From the NCBI GenBank assembly GCA_051362555.1, contig CM120640.1:60056788-60120787 (forward strand): 64,000 nucleotides of DNA, in the 5' to 3' direction. A program made the translations under genes and the position numbers. Positions 1 to 18,400 of this stretch are shown piece after piece. The notes below the pieces were generated by a model, which saw only the letters and a list, made by a program, of their open reading frames with translations, did not search any database and was not told the DNA's origin. Positions within the stretch are counted from its first letter, which is position 1, and each line of letters opens with the position of its first letter. The DNA comes from Lingula anatina (lineage: Eukaryota; Animalia; Brachiopoda).

Positions 1-177
1 AGAAATATCATAATTAACCTATCTCATTAAGAGGCTAGGGATTTCTTAAGTGGACATAGAGTGAGGTATTAATTTAATTCATTCATGTAAAATTTACCAT
101 TAGTTACAACTTTTTAATCTTTGTTCATGTATAGTAATTATAACTGTACAGTAATAGGGTCACATTCTGACTTTCAG

Positions 178-1734
178 GTTCAGATGCAGAACGAGCTGCT
201 GTACGCCATGCATTCAAGTTTGGCAGCCGCAGGGAGCAGAAAGTTTATAAACCTGAGGCAGAAGATGTTTCCTTCAAGATCACCATCCCACCTGTGGTAG
301 CCACAGGGAAGGACTTTAATGTCCAGCTAGACTTGAAGAATAATGGTAACAGCATTAGGGATGTCAAGGCCACCTTGACTGCCCTCACTAGCTTCTACAC
401 TGGTGTGCCCTCAGATCGCATCAAATGTCAGACATTTGAAATAACTTTGGATCCAGATCAAGGTCAGAGTTTTTCACCTTTTTTCAGATGTGATTTTTTC
501 TTCTTCTTCTCTGTCTCTCTCTTTGCATTTTGAATTTTTAAGACTGGATTAAGCAACTAACAAAGAGCTACACTGTTACCTTCTTGCCCATTTTCTGTAC
601 ATATTCATATGGCAGTTTAAATTCACAGGAAATTTGCTAAAATATTCTTTCACTAAAGCAAGTAGATGATAATGTTGTAACAAGGGTATTGCAACTGTTG
701 TAGAAAAGAGCATTGACATTGATGTGCTAGCAGACGACTACATGGAACTGCTGAAACCTGATGCACTGATCCAGGTGTATGCCAAGGCCAGGGTGAAGCA
801 GACAGGACAGGCATTTGTTAGAGAGGACACCGTGGATCTGTCACCTAGCATGGAGGTTGACGTGTTGAAGGTAGGTGCACTCATCATACTATATCACTTG
901 CTTGTTAGCAAAGGTTACACTTGAATATTTTATTGCAATTGTATTTGTGATGAAACTATTTGAAACTTGTCACTTGAATGACGGAGTTGTAGAGATAAAA
1001 TATACCAGCGTCTACCAATAATTGTGTTTCATATTTACAGCTACAAGCTCCAGAAAGAGTGAATAGATCTGAGCCATTTGAATTGCGTATGAAGTTCACT
1101 AACCCTCTGAAGATCCCCATCACTAAAGGGATGTTTCGCATTGAAGCTGCTCACATCGTACGCAGCAAGGTCATTCCTATAAAGTGAGTGGAGAGTTCAA
1201 TTCTAACTGAATGATTATTAATGACTTTTAGATTTGTTTGATATCTGATGCCTGTAGTGTGGACATAGGTTTAGATTTCCTGTGAAATTGTAACAGATAA
1301 TGAAAGATTGTATTTAGATACACAGTTTATGTTTGCTGCCTTTGTTAAATGCTTTTCACTGTTTTCAACTGTTAAAAAATTCCATTATATACACCAACAA
1401 AGCTCATTATTAATACTATCTCAATCAGCACTATTAACCCAAGTTGGAGTTCTAAGCTTTTGACCACCTATTTCACTTTCAACAGTCAACCCATTCAAAT
1501 GTAACAGCATGCAGTTTGTTAACTTTAGATAACTCGGAGTGCGTAATCCTTTATTTGAGTTTATTAGGACTGACATATGTTCTCTTCAGACAAACCATCG
1601 CTCCAGGTGCGGAAGTGGTGGAGACTTGTGTGTTGACAGCAAAGCTGCTAGGCCAGACAGAAATTCTGGTCAATTTTTCTTCAGATCAGATGGTTGGAAT
1701 TTATGCCTCAACCAATTTATATGTCCACATTTGA
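178..1734 (+). CDS. Transglutaminase (protein-glutamine gamma-glutamyltransferase), 3' part, isoform using proximal last exon A; the 5' part lies outside the window
   Basis: Phase-consistent GT-AG exons 178-462, 704-870, 1041-1183 and 1590-1734. They encode GSDAERAAVRHAFKFG..., SFYTGVPSDRIK, LIQVYAKARVKQTGQAFV, MKFTNPLKIPITKGMFRIE and VNFSSDQMVGI. These match the end of the catalytic core and the two C-terminal beta-barrels of transglutaminases. Confidence 0.9.
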
Positions 1735-2356
1735 TGATGTAAGATAGTCTATGGATTAGATAGAATTTTTCTTTTTCAATTTACAAGACAAAAATGTGTA
1801 TAGATATAAAAATGTCTTCTTCACAGGGAAAAACTACTAGAGGCATTCCAGTCCAGCTTAAGCTGATTTTGCACTTATCTACTTTTTTAATCTTTCACAA
1901 TATTTTTATCTGCATTGCGTATAACCCTTTTCACTTTCTTTGAGGCAGTTTATTTCTAGTGTTTTTAAGTATTGCATTGTTATGGTGGGGGTGAAAAAGT
2001 CGACCCCTTTTGATCCCTTGGAAAATACAAATGATGTTTGTCTATTATATTATTATATGGATAACACGTGTACTGGTTAATTTTTTTTTAATTTACAAAC
2101 CAATTTAAAGAAATGAACAAGGGTGAGAATGGTGTTTTTCTTATCTTTTCACTTCATCTCTGTACTCAGCCAGCAAAACAAGCTGGTATCCCGCTTCTTT
2201 GAAAACATCTTTATTTTAAGAATAAAGAATGCTTTTTTAAACTTTCTTTGCAAATATAAGTTTCCTTTTTTGGTTTAAATTGGGCATAATTTCATTTCTA
2301 CCATTTAATTTCAATCAAGACCTTATCTTTATTTATATAATTTCTCCATGTTTTAG

Positions 2357-2507
2357 GAAACCTGTAGGCCCAGGGGCAGAGATAGAGATAGTGACAGAGC
2401 TCACCTCAGCACGTTCTGGCAAAAAAGAAATCATAGTTGGATTTAGTTCTGACAAATTAGATGGTATCTCTTCATCAGTTGAAGTGTATGTGCCTTATTC
2501 TTCTTAA
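2357..2507 (+). CDS. Transglutaminase alternative (duplicated) last exon B
   Basis: Acceptor ttttag ends at 2356, same phase as exon A. Encodes KPVGPGAEIEIVTELTSARSGKKEIIVGFSSDKLDGISSSVEVYVPYSS*, which aligns with exon A (QTIAPGAEVVETCVLTAKLLGQTEILVNFSSDQMVGIYASTNLYVHI*). Confidence 0.8.
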
Positions 2508-4990
2508 TGGTATATTTGTAAGTTGGACATTCACTTGTGCACATTTCAAGGGGTATTGTGCAGTAGTTGTGATTTTTAAGGTATCAGTGTATATGCAATG
2601 AAGGATGGTGAATTCAATTAGTAAAATACTAGTAATATCTGATGAGCTTACATATCTATTAAAGCAATTTCGAACAATTTGTCAGTGATGTTTCTGGAAT
2701 TTTGTCATTTTCCTAGTGTCATCAAGTTGTCCAGGACACACAAATTCTGGCTTTGTTGAGTTTACATGACTTAACTTTTTGAAGACTGCATTTTATCCCC
2801 TGGCTTCAGCATTATTTGGCTTTAGACAAACAAATTATTACACGCACAATTTACATTTATAACTACACAGAAGCAGAGATTGTTATCTCACTGCTTCAGA
2901 AGAATGCATTTTCCAAATGGAACAGAAGTTCAGACTATATAAAACACATTTAAAATGACATTTCAGAATATTAAGGCAGAATATTATGGCAGCTGGTTAT
3001 CATTACTAGACAATCAAAAGTTGTGCTTAATTTGATTGCAGTAGAATACCATGTACTGTTTTTATTGAAGGGATAACAACTGTTCGTTTGGGCCAAAAAA
3101 AGTTTTCCTGGGGTAAACGCCAATTTTCTCACACTCACATATTGTTTATGAATCTGTTCTGACATTCAAAGTTAGTTCCTGTTTTGTTTCTAAAAAGTTT
3201 TTTTTTATTGCAATAATCTTTTAAGAGATTATTACAGAGGGTAGACATCTATGTAGATCACATGGTCTGATGGCAAGCACAGATTCAAGAAGAATTGTGA
3301 TAACTGCAGTTTTGATGGTAAAATAGAATTGTATTTCTAGGAGTTGTTTACAATGTATTTATTGTGAAATATGGATCTCATAGGAAAAGTTGTTATCCCT
3401 TTAGTCTTTGTTAGCAGCATTTGAATTAAATTTTTATTAGAAAATGGTTTTTATTTCTGTGTGTGGATTAGTCTTGTAAAAATAGCATAGACTAAAATAT
3501 TTACTAATTAATTTTATTTTTAGTTATAATAAGCATATTTTCTAGTAAGATTTGAAGATTACATAAAAGTGCTATTTTTTTTTCATTCCAACCATGGTCT
3601 TAAATATCAATGAACCCATTATTTGCTTACAACGTTAATTTTTTAACTAATTGTCTCTAGCACAAAGTGTTACAAACCCAGTTGTAACAGTTATATTTTC
3701 CTTAATTTGAAAGAATAAACATGTTTGCTCTTGTATTTTTAACGAACTTGTCTATATTGGCCTAAAATAAGGCTGTTGGTATTGCGTGACGTTATACAAG
3801 ACTAGAAAAATGTATGTCATGTACTCTGAAATTTAAAACAAATTATTTATTTTAGACCAATAGCTATACATTCCATTTGTTCATACCTTTATCATGATAA
3901 ACACTGTCAAAGGAGTTAAATTGGTCCCACTAAATACACTTTCAAATTTATTGAAAGGCATGAAAAGAAAAACTCAAAATTGAAAAGTTGCAATGGCAAT
4001 TTCAATGTGTTTGAGACATGCTTTAGAGCTACAAAGGATAGCATGTTATAAATTCACTACACAAAGTATATATATTTATATATGTCTAAATAGATACATT
4101 TAAAAGGCTTAAAACATGAATTTCCCAAAAATCAGGACAATACATGATCTAGATGTAAAATTGTGGACGGTTCACTTTTACATTTGCTTTTTAAAAAATG
4201 AAAGATTACTGAATACACTTCCTGTTTGGAGAATACATAATTTTTTTTTTTTTTTTTGGTCATTTCAAATGGCCACTTGTTTAAATTCATAAAACTGATG
4301 TTCGAATGACAGTTCATCTCTGCCTAAACTGACAAAAGAAAAAATTGCCTTTGCGCTGGTAGTTAGAAGTTTCTGACTTACTGGTGACACTATATAAGAA
4401 AGATCATAAATAAAGACAACATAAAGTGACCTAACAGCCTCAAGTATCTAGTGCAAAAAGCAATTTATCAAAATACTTTACAAATCATAAACAATTACTA
4501 AATTACTTTAGCTTTCACAAATTAGGAATTCCAAATATTTGTGTTAAAGTTATTAAAGGCAATTCTACTGTTATGATAGAGGTGCTCTTTCATTTAATGT
4601 GTATAATGAGGACTACATGTGTGCTAATTCAGCTCTGTCATAGAAACAGTAAGTGTGCATTTTTGTCTTACCCCTTCTAGGAAAGTGATGTGGACAAATT
4701 AAAAGTGTCTTTTTCGGTCATCAATTTCCTAAAAATACATCTGGGTTTAACAAACGTGTTGAACACCTTTTAAAAAACTTAAGTATATATAATTTAAGAA
4801 ATTTAGATATAATATAAGTAACACTTTAAACAACGAGAAAAATAAAATATGTATCTTAACATGAATTCTAAGACCTGAATGAATGCATATTTTCACAATA
4901 GTTGCAATACATAATGCACATTTTAAATAAATGTAAAGCAGACACAAAAGTTTGTGACCGACATGTTTCTTTTCACAAATCCCTTCGATA

Positions 4991-5137
<147 letters not shown>

Positions 5138-5624
5138 TCAAGTATAAATATTGATGCTTTCAAGTTACATATCTTGTTCCAAAGTTTGTGTGAACTGTGT
5201 AATTAGGTCTCGCATTTGTCATATTAACATCAGTTTACAGAGCTGTAATTTTAAAGCTTGCAGTGCCCATTCATTTGCATTTGCAATTTTAAGTTATGAA
5301 TAACAAACACTTGAGTAACTATACATGCACTATAACACACTTGCAGTTCAAGTTGTAGTTGTTTTACATTATAGAAAATATTTTGAAAGCTATCCTTTAA
5401 GTATGTACAGGTAGGGTGGGTAATATATAAATAAGTTACAATAACCGTAAGTAAGCAGTTAACTTAGTGCCAAAAGTCTAACAAGTCTTTCTACACCCTT
5501 TCCGTTTTTCAATCCTTCAATTCAACCAGTTGTATGCTTGTGGCAGCAAGCTGAATACTTATGCAACTTCAAATTAACAATATCTGCCAACTGGATGGTC
5601 ATGCACATTTAACTTCTTATACAA

Positions 5625-5752
5625 CAGGGGCCGTATTCTCAAAACTTTGTAACTTGCAAACCTTCGAGAATACCAACTTACGTGAACGATCGGACTTACG
5701 TGAAAAGTTACAAGAATTTGTAAGTTACAACCTTTCGAGAATACGGCCTCAG
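5625..5752. mobile_element. Small MITE (128 bp)
   Basis: Imperfect TIRs caggggccgtattctc...gagaatacggcctcag with an internal ttgtaactt/aagttacaa inverted pair. The 5-bp direct repeat tacaa flanks both sides. Confidence 0.65.
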
Positions 5753-8123
5753 TACAACATTTCTAATCTAGTATTAGTAATTTTGATAATATTTGTTTCT
5801 CACTTGACAACCAGACTTAAGTTAAAGAAAAAAGATTATCCCACACACAAACATGGATACCAGTATCTGTAAATGAAAAAATACTGAATGCATTTTTAAA
5901 CACTCTCTGTACCAATTTGATAGAGGGGCAATGAAAAACAAATGATGAGAAGTTTCCATGACAACTTATTATTATGTGCACACATTTCAGACACCTTTAC
6001 ACTTCATGGTGGTCAAGTGTAGTTTGTTACAACCTATGAGACACAAAGATGCACCCAGAGCACCACAAGCAGTGTAAATTAAAGCATAGACAATGATTCA
6101 CCATAATATCATAATAACAGTGAATTGTACTGATAATTAAAGCTAGAAACCTGTAAAAATATTTGGTCTGAGCTAAAAGTTTTCATAGGGGCATAATGTT
6201 TTGGTGGATGATTTTGGTGCGAAACTTAAGGTTTTTTAAACACCTTGCAACTAATCATTTTAAGGGTTATAAGGAATATCTGTGTAAATTTGGAATATTC
6301 TCCTAGTCACCTATAAATCATTAGCAGAGCATCCTAAAGAACAGTTTTTAAAAAGTACAGAATGCAGGTTTCATACCAGATATGCCTGAATCACCCCCTT
6401 AGTATTTTTCATCAAATTTATTTGACAGCCTTAATAATTGGAAGAATTCACAATTGATTTCAATATCGGCATCTTATGCATTTAGAATAACATACCAAAA
6501 TTCAGCTTGCATTAGCAAACATCAAGAAAAATGCATTAAATTATTGTAGAGACTTTCTGTTTAGAAGTTAAGACAACCAAAAGGCAGAGCACCAGAGAAA
6601 ACGTATAAATTTCAAATTTTCACTGACAAAATCTGACATACAATTCACATTAGGCGTAATTTTGATGGCATGTTTTGCAGTCCTCCCCCATGGCTTCACA
6701 TAGTCTTTGAAACTATATTGATAGTTTCTTTGGTGACTGAGAAAAAAGAAAATCATCTTCTCTGAAAATGCTGATATTCACATCAACAGTCTGATCGGGA
6801 AAAGGGTCAATACAAAATCTATTCTAAAAATAAGGTGAACTAGTACTTTACATTTGACATTTTTAATCAAAAGAGCAACTGCAGTCACCGAAATAGATGC
6901 TAAGAAGTGCTACACTGCGAAAGGCAGAAGAGATGGTGCTCTTGAAAGCAGTATGTTTATGCCATCAATTGCAATCAATATAGTGATATATCAAGATAAA
7001 ATGAGATTTTCACAAAAGTTGCAAATGCCTGAAAGGAGGGGGGGGGGGGGGGGGGTCGTCTTTCATTTATTTTTTTTTTTTACATTGTATATTTAATGTA
7101 ACTAATCTGGAGGAGGAATAGAATATTTGGAGGTGAAAGATTGATATTTAAAAGGCAAGTAACTATGTGAAAATTCTTTTTATGCAAGTCTTATGTACAT
7201 AATCCTACGTACAAATCTATAAAATGTGCATATAAATTAAGTTAATTAAAAAAATTCAAATAAAATATTTTAAGATTACAAACATACTGTCACTCTGCAT
7301 GTTTGTGAATGCTGATAAATAAAGACAGTTCAATGTGATTAGTAATAAGTATATTTACTAGGATCTAATTTGTTATTGCTTTTGAAATTCTAATTAAACT
7401 GTTATTACATATGAAAAAAATATGATTAAAGGACAAAAACAATGAATGAAAGGAAAAGAATAATGGAATTCCATGCATTGTTTGCAGGGCTTCAAGCACA
7501 GATCACTTGTTTTAAACTCCACTGCAGTTTTACATTCTGTACCATATACCCAACAATATGGCACATGGTAAGGACTGTTTTAAAACTGCACCTCTGACAA
7601 TAAAGCATGGCAATAATCATGCCAGTCACTTTTTTTGTCTGCTTCAGCTTAAAAGATATCACTTCAAAAACTCTGAAAAACATTGCATGGCCAAGTAGTA
7701 ATCACACTCAATTCCAGAAAAGATCAAACTGAAGGCCTAATCCACCCGAGGGTATTATCCATATTTAGAAACCTTGGTGAATACCTGCATACAAGTCTAC
7801 AAGAGTGAAAAGACATTTACCACATCACAACAGCTATGATATCTAGTTCATTTTGTCTGCAGGTCTCATTTCCTACCTTTTCAACCCAAATTTACTTTAT
7901 CTCATAGAATTTTTTGGATAAAAATCATGACATAACAATGCCATTGACAGAATATACTCAAAGTGCTGAGAAATGCATTTTCAACAAGAAACCATGTGAT
8001 GTGCTATGATTTTTACACAAGATTAGGTAACAAAAACATAAGCACTAATAACCAGAGTAATGAACTCCCAGCTCCACGTGAAATAGTAATTACCATTACA
8101 TGCAAGAGAAACCAGCCTTAAGG

Positions 8124-11390
<3,267 letters not shown>

Positions 11391-11962
11391 CGCGCAGTGG
11401 TTGGAGATAATTTGTGTTTATTTTCAATATGCAGGTGCTCGAAAGACTCGCTTTGCGTAGGGATCTCAGTGAATTGAAATCAAATATTTTCTTCCAGTTA
11501 TAATACCCTCAAGCCTGTAAATAGTTTTAATTAAGTCTCCGGTGTTTTTGGCGTTCTCTGAATTCAACAAATGACAAGGAAATCTTGCGTTAATCTAGAA
11601 TTTTCAAATAAAATGTCGTCTTTACCACGGAAGTGACGTCAGTAATGTTTTGTCTCTCTTTTCCCTGACAACAGCAGCTTAACGCTAGTCGGGTTCTTGT
11701 AATAGTATATCTTATCATATTATTCGTTGGTGTAATATATGTATTATAATAAATTTATTGTGACATAAGCATTTGCTTTTGTGAATAAGATATAAAAATT
11801 ACATCGTTTCACCACCGCAACCTGAATATTGGATGACCCAATTTATGGCGCGTGTTAAAACCGGTTTGTGACCTATTTACTATCATTTCCACATCCGGCG
11901 GAAAGTGAGGCACTGGGTGTTGCATTGCTGTATCAGATAAACAGCTGGTCCCCTACGGTGTC
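11391..11962. promoter_or_regulatory. Bidirectional promoter region between CAPSL and MTAP
   Basis: Divergent ATGs at 11390 (-) and 11963 (+), about 570 bp apart. Locally richer in CpG. Overlapping ETS+CRE motif CGGAAGTGACGTCA at 11628-11641. Confidence 0.65.
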
Positions 11963-14900
11963 ATGTCGAACGTTAAAGTAAACTTACGTCTAGCAGTTTT
12001 CTTATCGAAAGAATTTCATTTTATCCTGCTCGATCCTGTTTAGATTTTAGTTTAAGACTGTTTGCGTGCTAGTACGTACAACACTTGAGTGTAGTACAAA
12101 TGTACATGTACATGTGTACTAGTACTAAACTAGCTAGTATGATATGTTACATACCGTACAGTACGATGTTAGAGTACAAGCGCTCCAAGGCAGTATAGAA
12201 AGCTAACATGCATAATACAGTAAATATGCAAAAAAATCACAACTTAAAGTGTTGGATATTTGTTAATGTTAAACGTGCACGATAAGACAGAATGGAACAG
12301 CCTGAACAGAGGTGCCTTCAGTTCACCAAAGGCAACAGATTCAAAAACTGCATGCAATTTTTACAATTGTCTATACTGATTAGAGCAATGTATAAGGCAG
12401 CTGGTGCCAAGATTGATATTTCATTTTCTAATTCATTAATTTTGTTATACAATGGTATATATTCAGATAGGCATCATAGGAGGCTCAGGGCTTGACAACC
12501 CAGATATCTTGGAAGGACGAACAGAAAAGTCTGTCAATACCCCATTTGGAAAGGTATTAATATGTCTAGTGCTTCTAATGTTACATAAGTTAAATTCTGA
12601 AAATACAGTCTTATTTATTAATTCCTCACCCCTTCTCCTCAACTTTTCCACTGCCATTTTCTCTCTTTACTACAGTACTTACTAGGCTCAAGTGTTGTTA
12701 TTTTTATTAATCTTCAACAGATTCACCAGAGCAAACATTACGACCAATAATACTTACCACTTCATTATGTCTTTTTTTTTTAGCCTTCTGATGTTTTGGT
12801 GGAGGGGAAGATCAAAGGTGTGGAATGTGTCTTACTGGCAAGGTAAAGTGATATACTAGACTTTTACCAAGTGGCACCACTCGACACACTTTTCATGAGT
12901 TTTAACAGCAACAAAAAAAAGCTACTGTAGATGGCTTTGCTGGGTAACACATTGTAAAAAAGTATTGATGAAGAAATTGTTTAATATTAAAAAAGAAGAA
13001 TCTTCCTCCCAAAGACAGCCCAACCACCACTTCCATATATTGATAAATTTTGACTTGCCCCTTAACACCTCTAATGATTGGTCTATTAATTCCAAAAAAT
13101 TTGAACTTATTCACTCTTATGGTCTGGGAGAGATATATGAAGTTACAGTGTAGAAAATTAAAATCATCCCCCCCCCCCAGGGACAGCCCGTTCCAAAGAC
13201 ACTAAAATTCCAGAGTGGCCATGCACATCCCTGATGATGCTGTAGGTCTGCCAGTCCCTAAAGTTTGAACTTCCTTACTCTAATAATCTAGGAGGAGATA
13301 GCGGAAGTATAAAGGACAGTATCACGGTGTGGTTACAAAGAAGGAATAAAACCAAAGTTTCTCTTTCATGTGGTTAGAACATATTTTTCAGTGGAAGCAC
13401 TGTCTTGAGATCAAACTTTCTGTTAAAAGCACAAATCTCATAGAGTTACATGATTGACTTGGCATTTTTCACTTATTGCACAGCAGGCAAGGCAACTTCT
13501 TCCAAGTTTTGCCTTTAAGCAATAAGTTTATAAACATCTTAGATTAAAAAGAAATGAAAAATAAAAACTTATGGACACCTTACTGTAGTTATATATAATA
13601 TTTTAAGCATCATCACAATCTGTGTCATGTTACAAAATCTCACCATGAAAGTTCTCAATCAATTTGTAAATTTTGGCCCAGTGACTTTGATGTCACTGTA
13701 TGAAGAGAATATATCAAGAAGTAAAACATACAAACACCAAAATGTATGAACATATGAATATGTATATATGCACATGTAATGTTGATGAAGATTGCAACTT
13801 TATTCTAGACATGGGAGAAAACATGAAATTATGCCATCCAACATAAATTTCCGCGCTAATGTGCATGCACTAAAACTTGAGGGTTGCACACATCTAGTTG
13901 TCACCACTGCTTGTGGGTCATTACAGGAACATGTGAAACCTGGGGACATGCTCTTTCCTGACCAATTTATTGATAGGTAAGTGAAAGCATTTAGTCGTCT
14001 TTGTCCTTGTATACTGTTTTATTTATTAGTATAGTGCCTGAAACAAAAAGGGTACATTTGACAATTTAACATTAGTTTTGCAGCAATCCACTGACAAATA
14101 AAAAAGAGATATCTATGATACTAATACTTAGGGCAGTGATAATTGGTATTTCTAGTTACAATTTATTATATAAATACTATGACCACAGTTTTCAAAAAAA
14201 GAAAATATATTCTAGCTTAATGTGTATGTTTTGCACATGATGCATTTGCCTTTGGATCGTAAGTCCTAACAATAAAAGAGAAACAAAAAACTTTCAGTGT
14301 TTCTGTTTTAGGACCCAGAAAAGGGTTCAAACATTCTATGATGGTACTTGTGAGGAGTACAAGGGAGTGAGCCATATACCAATGCATACACCCTTCTGTG
14401 AAAGGACACGCAAGGTAAAATATCTCAACAACTGCTTAAAGTATTTGGGAAAAGTGTAAAAAATATTAGGTTAATTTCTTATTAAGGGAGTGGATGTGTG
14501 GATGTAAAGGTATGTTCATGTTGACTCACATTCTGTAAACCTATTAGATGTTCTGGTTTGCACTGCAGATACTAATTGAGAGTACCCAGCAGTTGGGCCT
14601 CCTCCACCATACCACTGGCACAGTTCTGACCATAGAAGGTCCCAGGTTCTCATCCAAGGCTGAGAGTAAGTTGTGGAAGTCATGGGGAGCAGATATTATC
14701 AACATGACTACAGTGCCAGAGGTACTTCTGATTTTTCCTTTATTTTCACCCAGATTAAAAATACTTCACTTAGACTATGAAGATGATGTAGTGTCATTCA
14801 AACATTAAGATAGAAGCAACCCTTGTTTGCTATGTAATTTAAACGTACACCTTTGCCCTAATAACATTTAAGATTTGCTGAATCTTTATGCACATTTGTA

Positions 14901-15411
14901 GTAGTAACTGGGGCAAAAAATGAAAATAAGGTTTACAAATTTTAAAAATAACATTATTTGTATTAGATATTATGTTCTTTTGTGTGCCCATCTCCTATAG
15001 TTTTATATTCAGTTTTATTGGAACCTTTATTAAACTCATACATTGTTGCACACCTGGTAATGTTCTGAAAATGTTTTTCTTTATATATTTTTTCACATTT
15101 GGAAACATCTGCTATTACGAGTACTAAGGACATTTTCCTAAAAAAAGTCAGCACACAAGTTTACTTCTGGCCAAATTTAACAGTAAAGTCAAATGACAGT
15201 GGAGTTATTGGGATGAGTTCTCTGGACTCCCACTTTCCTCTTTATTGTAGATAATTGTTATTCCAGGTAGTACTTGCCAAGGAGGCAGGCATGAGCTATG
15301 CCGCAGTAGGAATGGTGACTGACTATGATAGCTGGCATGAAGATGAGGATCCTGTGAGTTCACAACACAGTAAATTTATGATCACTATATGTGCAAGTTA
15401 TTGGAAAGAGA

Positions 15412-15462
<51 letters not shown>

Positions 15463-18400
15463 CTTGTGCACGCATTCTAACCGAGGACACACACCTGCCC
15501 AAAACCCACTAACCGAGGACACACCTCCAACCGAGGACGTCCTCGGTTGACATAAGCAGTGGAATGCATAAAGGGGCCCAAGTTAGGTGGTGAAATTTGA
15601 CGCTATTCTGAGCCAGTCCTCGGTTATGCTGTATAGCGCGGGCCAAATTCCCGCCACGAGTGTATCAGAAATACTGTCCAACTTTTTGTCTGAAATCGGG
15701 CTACACACACGCGTCCTCGGTTGTGCTGTAAAGGGCAGACTAAACTGAAACTAATGTTATATCTCAGATGTCTATATATTCAGTAAGTTGATATTTTTAA
15801 ACTAAAGGTCTTTTTTATCAAATTAAGCTCTCCTAGGCCGTTACGTAACTACATAACTATCATCGCACTGTACATATTACGGCACGCTTCTTTATTAGTA
15901 CAACTGACTTGGAGTGGTTTAAATAAAGAAGAACTGTCTGAATTTGTGGCTCACTCGGTAGATCTTAGGACCGACAATCTTTTGAGGGTGCAAGAATTAA
16001 ATGAAAAGGGTAAATGGATCGTCCGTAAACCCCCTTTACACTGGGGCGGCGTCCTTTGTGCGACCAAGAAACTGGCATCACTGTGGTCGTAGAAAGGAGG
16101 TACAAGCATTGCTTTGGTTTAAAAAAATGAATATTTGGTGATTGGCCAGTTGTCAGAAAGTTAAGTATTATAATTTTGTACTCTCAAATGGATCCGTACT
16201 ACAGGACGCAGAAAGGACGCCGTCCAGTGTAAAGGGCCCCTTAGCTAACTATGAATTAATCTACCCCTGACAGTTTGAAGAAGGCTATGACATTATGAAA
16301 CATTTGTTATTACATAATGGCTCTGCGAACTACAGTCACTTCTTTTCACCTGTAGATCTGACCTGTTTGTTATACACCTGGCTGCTAGAATAAATACTAA
16401 ATCTAACAACTGAAGTGAAATTATATTTTGAATGGGCCCCTGTCGGTCCATGTCGCTAACACAGAGCACACATATTCATAAACACCGCATTTGCAAGAAC
16501 CGCTTTGTGAAATAAAAAAAGAAAAAAAAAGACGCCCCGACAATTACGCGTCCTGATATATAGGCGTACAGTTCGGATATGCACACGGCAAAAACGATTA
16601 AGGGACCGTTCCCAGATCCTATTGTACTAACTATGGATCGATCTCCCCAGAAGGAATGCTATATAAATTGAAATCAACGTAAGCGGATTAGATGTCTGTC
16701 ATGCCTAATGAAGCTTCTAGAGGGTAATTAATTATCGATTAGCAGCTTCAGTGGGCGTGCCAGACATCTAATTAAGCTGCTTGAGCTGAAAGCAAATTCA
16801 AGAAACCCCTCTGAGATAGATAGATCCACACTTATATCGATCTGGTATCACTAGTATTAATTGATTTTGGGTAAATGTCATCAAAATGTAAGTGATTTTA
16901 ATCGGGCCAATAGCATACATTTCAAACATATATTTTGGAAAAAGTCAGAAAGATAGGCGAAGGTTCAGGGGGTCCGACCCAAGCAAGTCCCAAAATGCCG
17001 AGGCGGGACAGTTTGGGGCTAAATATTAAGTTTATTTTTATAATTAGCCTTACTTGTGTTAAAAAAATTACTTTATTTTTATTTTTATCAAAATCAATCC
17101 CAACGTTTTGACCACTTGAGACTACAGTGTCTCAAAATGGAGGAAATGGGGTGATTATTTTCAAAAGTTTTGCATTTTTTTCTCCTTTTTTCAGTGTACA
17201 TGCAACACTGTTAACATATTTCAAGGAGAACCAATAAGCCTGTTTTCATGAAACTCACAGAACTGATGATTATTAGTAAAAGAATGGTCAAGATTGAAAA
17301 TCAGCAAGACCAGGCCCTTTTCTTTCAAATGTTATGCTGTTTTTTTGTTTGTTTGTTTGTTTTTTTGTTTTTTTTTCAGCATATATGTAACACTGTAAGC
17401 ACATTTCAGGGAGAACCAATAACTTAAAGCCTGTTTTCATGAAACTCACAGAACTGATGATTATTAGTAAAAGCATATTAGTAACACTGTAAGCACATTT
17501 CAGGGAGAACCCATAGGCCTGTTGTCATTAAACTCACAAGAGTGATCAATGTTATCTATATACAAATCAAATTTAAAAATAAGATTGGTTGAGTTTTGAG
17601 GGACTTCAGCTTTTATTTGTATATAAGTGGTTTTCCTCAGATTTGATTGTCAGGCATGTAAACAGTCTCATTATTGAATTTACTAGATATGTAAAATGGG
17701 TTGTTTGACAATTTCTGCGTCTTGACAATATTGCTAGTTGATTATATAAAAATGGTGGTAAACCTGTTATCTTGTATTGTGTAAAAAAAGTGCCAAAATG
17801 GAAATGAACTCGTATCATTGTAGTTTGTCAGATTCAATCATTCACAATGTTCGGAATGGAGGAAATTGGACATTTAAACTTGTTATATAGATATTTTTGC
17901 CATCTCAACAATTTTCTTAGTTGATCATGTGAAATGGCAGTAAACTGTATTATTTTATGTAAAAAAGTTAAAAATGGAAAGAAACCCATTTCAGTACAGT
18001 GCTCTCTTGTATACATTTAGCATTTTCAAAGTATGACTTTGGAGTTCCATGAACCTGAAAACCTTTGCTAGTCACATTTTCTGAATATTCATGATACTAA
18101 TATTTTATTATAAAAAATTGATGATCATTATGCTGTTAAGCATTATATAATATTGCATCAAATTGGAAGAAAGCACAATATTGGGTGCTGCTGGCATGAT
18201 GTCCTCAATTGTAAAATTGTGTACTGTGCAAGTCTGTATCCAATGGACGACACTTTGTGTTATCAAAATATAAAATTCATGATAATAAAAGAGTGCTAAA
18301 TAGAAAATAAGCATTATGAAAATAAAATGTTTGAAAACGAATTTCTTTGGTCTTTTATTTTATTTCATCAGTATCTTTTCTTCTCCTAAATTAATTGGTT

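Noticed and set aside
5495-6810. Possible piggyBac-like element (accctttccg...cgggaaaagggt)
   Set aside because: The terminal match is short and imperfect and there is no TTAA duplication.
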